A stretch of 47,558 bases of DNA from positions 1 through 47,558 of the forward strand of contig JAFGVS010000001.1 of assembly GCA_016937865.1 (NCBI GenBank), given 5' to 3'. Made by a program: the position numbers and the translations under genes. This document shows positions 42,573 to 47,558 of this stretch, piece by piece (the first letter of the stretch is position 1; every line of letters begins with the position of its first letter). Under the pieces are notes generated by a model that had not been told where the DNA came from, did no database searches, and saw only the letters and a program-made list of their open reading frames with translations. The DNA comes from Alphaproteobacteria bacterium. Lineage in GTDB: Bacteria; Pseudomonadota; Alphaproteobacteria; Rs-D84; NBLK01.

Positions 42573-43814
42573 ATGACTGGCTTTATTTTTTCAAGTGATT
42601 TTGGAAAAACACTTTTAGTGGGAATATCACAATTTTTAACAGTTGTGCGGGAAGCATTTTCGTGGGGACAACAACACCTTCTCTTACGTATTGTTGGGGC
42701 GTTTTTGATTTTTTCCTTTTTTTTGATAATTAAATCTTTAATTACACAGGTCATTTTAAAAAACATCGAATGGTTTATTTTAAAACACCAACCAAAAATC
42801 AAGCAAAGAATTTTGGCGGAAATTGAAAGACCAATTAGCTTTTTACCAGTGATCCTAGGGGTATATGCATCTTTAGAATATCTGATGCCGGATATGGATT
42901 TAAAATACAAAGTCCCATTATTCATGTCTCTGGGAAGTATTTTCTTCTTTTGGGTGATATATAATCTTATCCATCCGATTGCCTATTTTTTCAATACGGT
43001 TGCAAAATTAAACACGGCTATTTTGGAATGGGTTGTGCGTTTGATTCGTTTAACACTTGTTTTGGTTGGACTAGCGAGTGTTCTGGAAATGTGGGGGATT
43101 CAAATTGCGCCAATTATCGCGGGACTTGGATTGTTTGGTATGGCCGTCGCACTCGGGGCGCAAGATATGTTTAAAAATATTTTAGCCGGACTGGCAATTG
43201 TGTCTGAAAAAAGGTTTAAAGTCGGGGAAATTATTCGACTCAGCAATGACGTCGAAGGGGTTGTGGAACATATTGGCTTTCGCTCAACCTTGATTCGCCG
43301 TTTCGACAAAGCACCTGTTTATGTGCCAAACGCAGATCTAGCGGACGCAGCCGTGGTAAATTTTTCGGAACGAAATAATCGTCGAATTTCCTGGAGAATT
43401 GGCTTGGAATACAGAACAACGGCCGATCAATTGCGTTATATTCGAAATGAAATTGAAGCATTCATCTTGAAAAATAATATGTATTCACAACCGCCAGAAT
43501 CACCCATTCAAGTGCGTCTTGATTCTTTTGGGGAATCTTCGGTGACCTTAATGATTTATTGTTTTACAACGACAAAAGTATGGGAAGATTATTTACGGGC
43601 AAAAGAACAGCTCGTATTGCGGGTAAAGGAAGTCGTGGAAGCCGCCGGTGCCGCATTTGCATTCCCATCACAATCGCTCTATATAGAACAACTCCTAGAG
43701 GATCGTTCGATGCGGGGAAAGGTTCCAAGGGCACATTTAGCGCAATCAGAGCAGGTTGCCAAAAAGAATAAACCGAAATTAAAAGATGTAGGACGAATAG
43801 GTGAAGATTATTAA
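42573..43814 (+). CDS. MscS-family mechanosensitive ion channel
   Basis: Several N-terminal TMs. Pore helix plus beta domain IIAGLGLFGMAVALGAQDMFKNILAGLAIVSEKRFKVGEIIRL. Confidence 0.88.
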   Translation: MTGFIFSSDFGKTLLVGISQFLTVVREAFSWGQQHLLLRIVGAFLIFSFFLIIKSLITQVILKNIEWFILKHQPKIKQRILAEIERPISFLPVILGVYASLEYLMPDMDLKYKVPLFMSLGSIFFFWVIYNLIHPIAYFFNTVAKLNTAILEWVVRLIRLTLVLVGLASVLEMWGIQIAPIIAGLGLFGMAVALGAQDMFKNILAGLAIVSEKRFKVGEIIRLSNDVEGVVEHIGFRSTLIRRFDKAPVYVPNADLADAAVVNFSERNNRRISWRIGLEYRTTADQLRYIRNEIEAFILKNNMYSQPPESPIQVRLDSFGESSVTLMIYCFTTTKVWEDYLRAKEQLVLRVKEVVEAAGAAFAFPSQSLYIEQLLEDRSMRGKVPRAHLAQSEQVAKKNKPKLKDVGRIGEDY

Positions 43815-44529
43815 GAAATTTTTTTCAAAAGATTGGGTTGTGGCTGTAATGGCTCGCCTAATTGCTTTTCTCGTCCGCCTTTTAAGCTGTACGTATCGAT
43901 TTGAAATCATAGGTATAGAAAATATTAAAGCGTTCACAGATAAAAACAAACCCGTGCTCATTACATTATGGCACGGGCGTTCAATGGTTTTGCCGTATTT
44001 CTGGTCAAAGAATTTTAAAAAGAAATCAGGGGCGGCGGTTTTCTCTGATCATAAAGACGGGCGCTTGATGCGATCAATTTGTGCACACTTTGGGGTAAAA
44101 CCAATTATTGGCTCTTCAAAGAAAAAAGGGGCGATGGCTGCGCGTGGGATAATAGAGGCTTTAAAAAGTGGTACATCCGTGGCAATGACACCCGACGGGC
44201 CAACGGGACCACGAATGCGGTTAACAACCGATAGTTTGCTCTTTTTTGCGGGGCGCCTAAATGTGCCTTTGATTTCATTTACGCCGTCCTCTTCCAATGC
44301 AAAAATATTGGGGTCTTGGGACCGGTATATGATTCACCGCCCGTTTGCAAAAGTAAGAATTAAGATTGGGGAACCCGTTTGGATCAAAAAAGAACAGGCC
44401 GAAGACCATGAAACAAAAGTACGGATAGAGGCCAATCTAATTACAGAATTGCAAAACCTAGATCAGGAAAATGGTTTACCAAAAATCGAACCACAACCCC
44501 GCGATCTGAAGAAAAAGAGTCGGATATGA
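43801..44529 (+). CDS. DUF374 lysophospholipid-acyltransferase-like protein
   Basis: GTG start. TLWHGRSMV...SDHKDGRLM...GSSKKKGAMA...MTPDGPTGPR is the typical DUF374 pattern. 4-nt overlap with lpxK. Confidence 0.8.
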   Translation: MKIIKKFFSKDWVVAVMARLIAFLVRLLSCTYRFEIIGIENIKAFTDKNKPVLITLWHGRSMVLPYFWSKNFKKKSGAAVFSDHKDGRLMRSICAHFGVKPIIGSSKKKGAMAARGIIEALKSGTSVAMTPDGPTGPRMRLTTDSLLFFAGRLNVPLISFTPSSSNAKILGSWDRYMIHRPFAKVRIKIGEPVWIKKEQAEDHETKVRIEANLITELQNLDQENGLPKIEPQPRDLKKKSRI

Positions 44530-45455
44530 TATCCTTCCTGTTAAAATTGTTGGCACCCATTGGTTGGCTGTATTTCTTGGGCACCAAAATACGCATGCGT
44601 CTTATGCCGTCCTTTCGCACAGAGATCCCAGTTATTTGCGTTGGAAATATTATGGCCGGCGGTGTTGGGAAAACGCCCTTGGTTATTGAAATTGTAGAAT
44701 ATTTAAAAAAGAAAGGTCAGATACCGCACGTGATTTCGCGTGGGTATGGGGCAAAACTTCAAAACGTCAAAGTGGATCCGAATAAGCACAATGCTAAAGA
44801 GGTGGGGGATGAACCCTTGATGTTGAGCCAATACGTTCCGGTTTGGATTGGAAAAAATAGAAAATACACAGCCAAGTCCGCCATGCGGGAAGGGGCGACG
44901 ATTTTAGTCATGGATGATGGGTTTCAAAATAAAAACATTCGAAAAGATTTCGCCATCATTGTCTTTGATGGAAAGGTTGGAATTGGAAATGGTTTAGGGT
45001 TGCCAATAGGTCGTTTGCGGGAACCGTTGTCTGAAGGGTTAAAGCGTGCAAATGCGGTGGTGATGGCGGGAAAAGACCGGACAAAACTATGTAAAAAAAT
45101 TAAAAACGTGCCGGTATATTTTACAGAGGTCGCCCCACAAAAGATTCCAGATATGCGGAAAAAATATTTAGCGTTTGCCGGCATTGGGCGGCCAGAAAAA
45201 TTTTATGAAAGTTTGCGGATACTGGGAACACGTGTGATTGAAACGCACTCATTTCCGGATCATTATATGTACAAAGAAAGTGATTTGCGACGTTTAAAAA
45301 GAGCCGCCGATAAAAAAGGTTTGAGTCTGATTACGACCGAAAAAGATTATGTGCGGCTACCTAAAACATTTCAAAAAGAAACGACAACATTGCCAATTAA
45401 AATGGTTTTTCAAAAGCCAGATTTCTTTAAAGAAATAGATCGTTTGATTGATTAA
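44526..45455 (+). CDS. lpxK: Tetraacyldisaccharide 4'-kinase
   Basis: P-loop VICVGNIMAGGVGKTPLV, SRGYG and GDEPLML. Confidence 0.92.
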   Translation: MISFLLKLLAPIGWLYFLGTKIRMRLMPSFRTEIPVICVGNIMAGGVGKTPLVIEIVEYLKKKGQIPHVISRGYGAKLQNVKVDPNKHNAKEVGDEPLMLSQYVPVWIGKNRKYTAKSAMREGATILVMDDGFQNKNIRKDFAIIVFDGKVGIGNGLGLPIGRLREPLSEGLKRANAVVMAGKDRTKLCKKIKNVPVYFTEVAPQKIPDMRKKYLAFAGIGRPEKFYESLRILGTRVIETHSFPDHYMYKESDLRRLKRAADKKGLSLITTEKDYVRLPKTFQKETTTLPIKMVFQKPDFFKEIDRLID

Positions 45456-45473
45456 AAAGAAGGGCAATTGAAG

Positions 45474-45683
45474 TTACTTATAAAATGCCTTATAAAAAGA
45501 AAAAAGCCAAAAAACAATCGTCCATCCAAAAATAATATTAAAATAAATATATAAACGTTTCTGTTTACCCCCATGTGTTTTCAAATAGAAATGAAGCGCT
45601 GTTGGGGATAAATAGACACCACTGATAAACATCAGGTCGAAAGAGTGTTTTGCCACCAAAAGAGAAACATCTGGTATAATCAT
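45474..45683 (-). CDS. Small membrane protein resembling the T4 Imm superinfection-immunity family
   Basis: YLSPTALHFYLKTHGGKQKRLYIYFNIIFGWTIVFWLFSF fits the family pattern Y.xP..xA...xH.....I...N...GWT..GW. No SD was seen. The start could instead be the internal ATG at 45632. Confidence 0.45.
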   Translation of the reverse strand: MIIPDVSLLVAKHSFDLMFISGVYLSPTALHFYLKTHGGKQKRLYIYFNIIFGWTIVFWLFSFYKAFYK

Positions 45684-45878
45684 TCTAAATAGAAATAAAT
45701 TCTTCCCTCTGTTTTTATAACATCATCACGTTCGCAAGCTTAAGGAACTAAATCTTATAAATCAACCCTATTTTAACATAAAAAAGAATGCCTTTAAAGG
45801 GCAATTTTTAGGGTTTCATAAAAAGAAAACCAGAGGGCGAAATCAGTTTTATTTTTCTTCAAAAAAGATACTCAAAAA

Positions 45879-45910
45879 GGAAAAAAAGACGGTTTATAAA
45901 AACCGTCTTT
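45879..45910 (-). terminator. Rho-independent terminator after rpsD
   Basis: 10-bp stem AAAGACGGTT (45885-45894) / AACCGTCTTT (45901-45910) with a 6-nt loop. The U-run on the minus strand corresponds to the plus-strand A-run at 45879-45887. Confidence 0.75.
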
Positions 45911-45930
45911 AGTATTCTGAAAGTATTCAC

Positions 45931-46566
45931 TTACTGGCGTGAATAGAACTCGATTACCAATTGTGGATCCATTTCCACTGGGTAAGGCACTTCTTCAAAC
46001 GCAGGCATGCGTGTAAATGTTGCCGTGAATTTTTTCACATCAACATCAACATAGTCGCAGAAATCACGTTCGTTAGAAGCCATTCCTTCAAGAACCATTG
46101 AGATATTTTGTGATTTGTCTTTTAAAGAAACCACATCACCTGGTTTAACAGAGTAAGAAGGAATAGTAACTTTCTTTCCGTTTACAAGAACATGTCCATG
46201 GCTAACCAATTGACGTGCTCCGAAAACAGAAGGCGTAAATTTCGCACGATACACAACGGCATCTAAACGTGCTTCTAATCCACCGATAAAGTTTGCAATT
46301 GTATCTCCGGCTTTACGCACAGCGTCATCATAATAACGACGGAAGCGTTTTTCAGAAATATTGGCGTAATATCCTTTAATACGTTGTTTTGCATGCAACT
46401 GTTTACCGTAATCAGTTTGTTTGCGACGCAATGTTGGCCCATGTTGGCCTTGTGGATATTTACGTTTATTGATAGGTGATTTCGCACGTCCCCAAAGGTT
46501 AATCCCTTGTCGACGGTCGAGTCCGAATTTTTGATTGTGGCGTTTACCACTATTTACTTTAGCCAT
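45931..46566 (-). CDS. rpsD: 30S ribosomal protein S4
   Basis: 211 aa with the S4 N-terminal domain and the S4 RNA-binding domain (LDAVVYRAKFTPSVFGARQLVSHGHVLVNGKKV). Confidence 0.97.
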   Translation of the reverse strand: MAKVNSGKRHNQKFGLDRRQGINLWGRAKSPINKRKYPQGQHGPTLRRKQTDYGKQLHAKQRIKGYYANISEKRFRRYYDDAVRKAGDTIANFIGGLEARLDAVVYRAKFTPSVFGARQLVSHGHVLVNGKKVTIPSYSVKPGDVVSLKDKSQNISMVLEGMASNERDFCDYVDVDVKKFTATFTRMPAFEEVPYPVEMDPQLVIEFYSRQ

Positions 46567-46665
46567 TAAGGTCTCCTTTGTTTGGCAGTGAATGCTGATA
46601 GCCTCAAGAGGGAGAATAGATCTGGAGGGAGCCCCATACGGTATTCTACGTTCTCAGCGCCGCCC

Positions 46666-46694
46666 ATCATATATAAAAAAAACGAAAGAGTCAA
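46666..46694 (-). promoter_or_regulatory. Sigma70-like promoter for rpsD
   Basis: Minus strand reads TTGACT (46689-46694), a 17-nt spacer, then TATGAT (46666-46671). This predicts a leader of roughly 90 nt. Confidence 0.4.
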
Positions 46695-47501
46695 CTAGTT
46701 AGAAACAACCACAACCCGGTCATGTCCGCCGAGGTCTTTAAGAACGTTGGTATGTTTAAACAAAGCAGGGACGGATTTACCTTGATCGTGCCCAATTTCT
46801 AAATAAAGCTTACCACCAGGCCTTAACCATTTTTGATACTGCGCGGCAATGGCACGGTAAAAATCAAGTCCATCCTCTCCACCATCTAATGCATCGATCG
46901 GATCAAAATCCTGCACATGTTGATCCAATGCCAAAACATCCTTACTTCGAATATACGGCGGATTGGAGATAATCACATCAAAAGTGCCATCCATATTTGA
47001 ATTCAACATATCATCCTGCACAAAAGAAATCCGCTCTCCCAGGTCCAGGTTGTCCGCATTGTGTTGCGCGCAGGTTAGGGCGTCCACGGAAATATCTGTC
47101 GCGACTGCGGTTGCATTTGGAAATTCAGCCAAAAGGGTTAAGGGTAAACATCCCGTGCCAGTCCCCAAATCTATAATAGAAAGAGCCGATTCAGCCGGGA
47201 AATCAGTTTTGACGGCGTCAATGATCGTCTCACTGTCTGGGCGCGGTTCAAGCGTTGCATTGTTTAAATAAAACTGACGGCCATAAAACTCTCGCCAACC
47301 GAGAATTCGATATACGGGTTCACCAGAAACAAGGCGTTCTATCGCATTATTCAGCGTCACAAGTTCTGTATCTGTTAGCATTTTTGAAGCATGCAAAATC
47401 AAATCCCCAGGGGTGATATCCAAAACACCTGCCACTAAATGTTTCAGGTCGGTTTTATCGACGGTTTGTTGTGAAAGAAAGTCTTTTAAAATCATATCCA
47501 C
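46695..47501 (-). CDS. prmC: Release-factor glutamine N5-methyltransferase PrmC/HemK
   Basis: SAM-binding motif IIDLGTGTGCL. Catalytic motif IISNPPYI. Confidence 0.9.
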   Translation of the reverse strand: MDMILKDFLSQQTVDKTDLKHLVAGVLDITPGDLILHASKMLTDTELVTLNNAIERLVSGEPVYRILGWREFYGRQFYLNNATLEPRPDSETIIDAVKTDFPAESALSIIDLGTGTGCLPLTLLAEFPNATAVATDISVDALTCAQHNADNLDLGERISFVQDDMLNSNMDGTFDVIISNPPYIRSKDVLALDQHVQDFDPIDALDGGEDGLDFYRAIAAQYQKWLRPGGKLYLEIGHDQGKSVPALFKHTNVLKDLGGHDRVVVVSN

Positions 47502-47558
47502 ATTGACGCAAGAATATAGACAAATTGCAAGGGCTTTTTAAAGGGTTGACTTTAAATC

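Noticed and set aside
42542-42925. 127-aa minus-strand ORF overlapping the start of the MscS-family gene
   Set aside because: It overlaps a well-supported gene on the opposite strand, its composition is low-complexity and Lys/Ile-rich, and it has no RBS. Likely spurious.

Overview
Compact, moderately AT-rich bacterial chromosome segment, almost entirely coding. The core genes are ftsK, a sufS..sufE operon, trxA, dksA, clpP-clpX, cmk, dgkA, recJ, era, topA, mrcA, xseA, tsaD, addA, spoT, pth, gltX, grpE, an MscS-family channel, DUF374-lpxK, rpsD and prmC. Several traits look alphaproteobacterial: an AddA-type helicase-nuclease, a single-Cys DksA, the DUF374-lpxK pair and a monocistronic rpsD. 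The tight packing, with many overlapping starts and stops, suggests a reduced, possibly host-associated lineage (inference). Accessory content stands out in seven places. (1) A very AT-rich single-gene island encodes a stand-alone RelA/SpoT-synthetase protein (toxSAS/CapRel-like) with an unassigned C-terminal domain. It is tightly arrayed with a ProX/YbaK-like tRNA-end deacylase and a HAD phosphatase, and is my top candidate for an undescribed defence or tRNA-targeting system. (2) A non-canonical chaperone-usher-like apparatus is split over three loci: a PapD-like chaperone plus a 1034-aa usher-like protein with an odd basic, repeat-bearing tail, three tandem secreted DUF4402-like subunit genes, and a fourth orphan paralogue. 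(3) An AT-rich orphan ORF with an HEPN-like N-terminus lies next to a truncated tRNA-Gln 3' fragment, a possible integration scar. (4) A GIY-YIG nuclease minigene is bounded by 29/30-matching 30-nt inverted repeats and fills the gltX-pth spacer exactly. (5) An 828-aa secreted, Cys-rich repeat protein has no recognisable domains. (6) cmk is frameshifted at a T4 run. (7) There is a small T4 Imm-like membrane protein gene. No rRNA genes, intact tRNA genes, CRISPR arrays or transposases were seen. All family assignments rest on motif recognition by eye and need HMM or BLAST confirmation.
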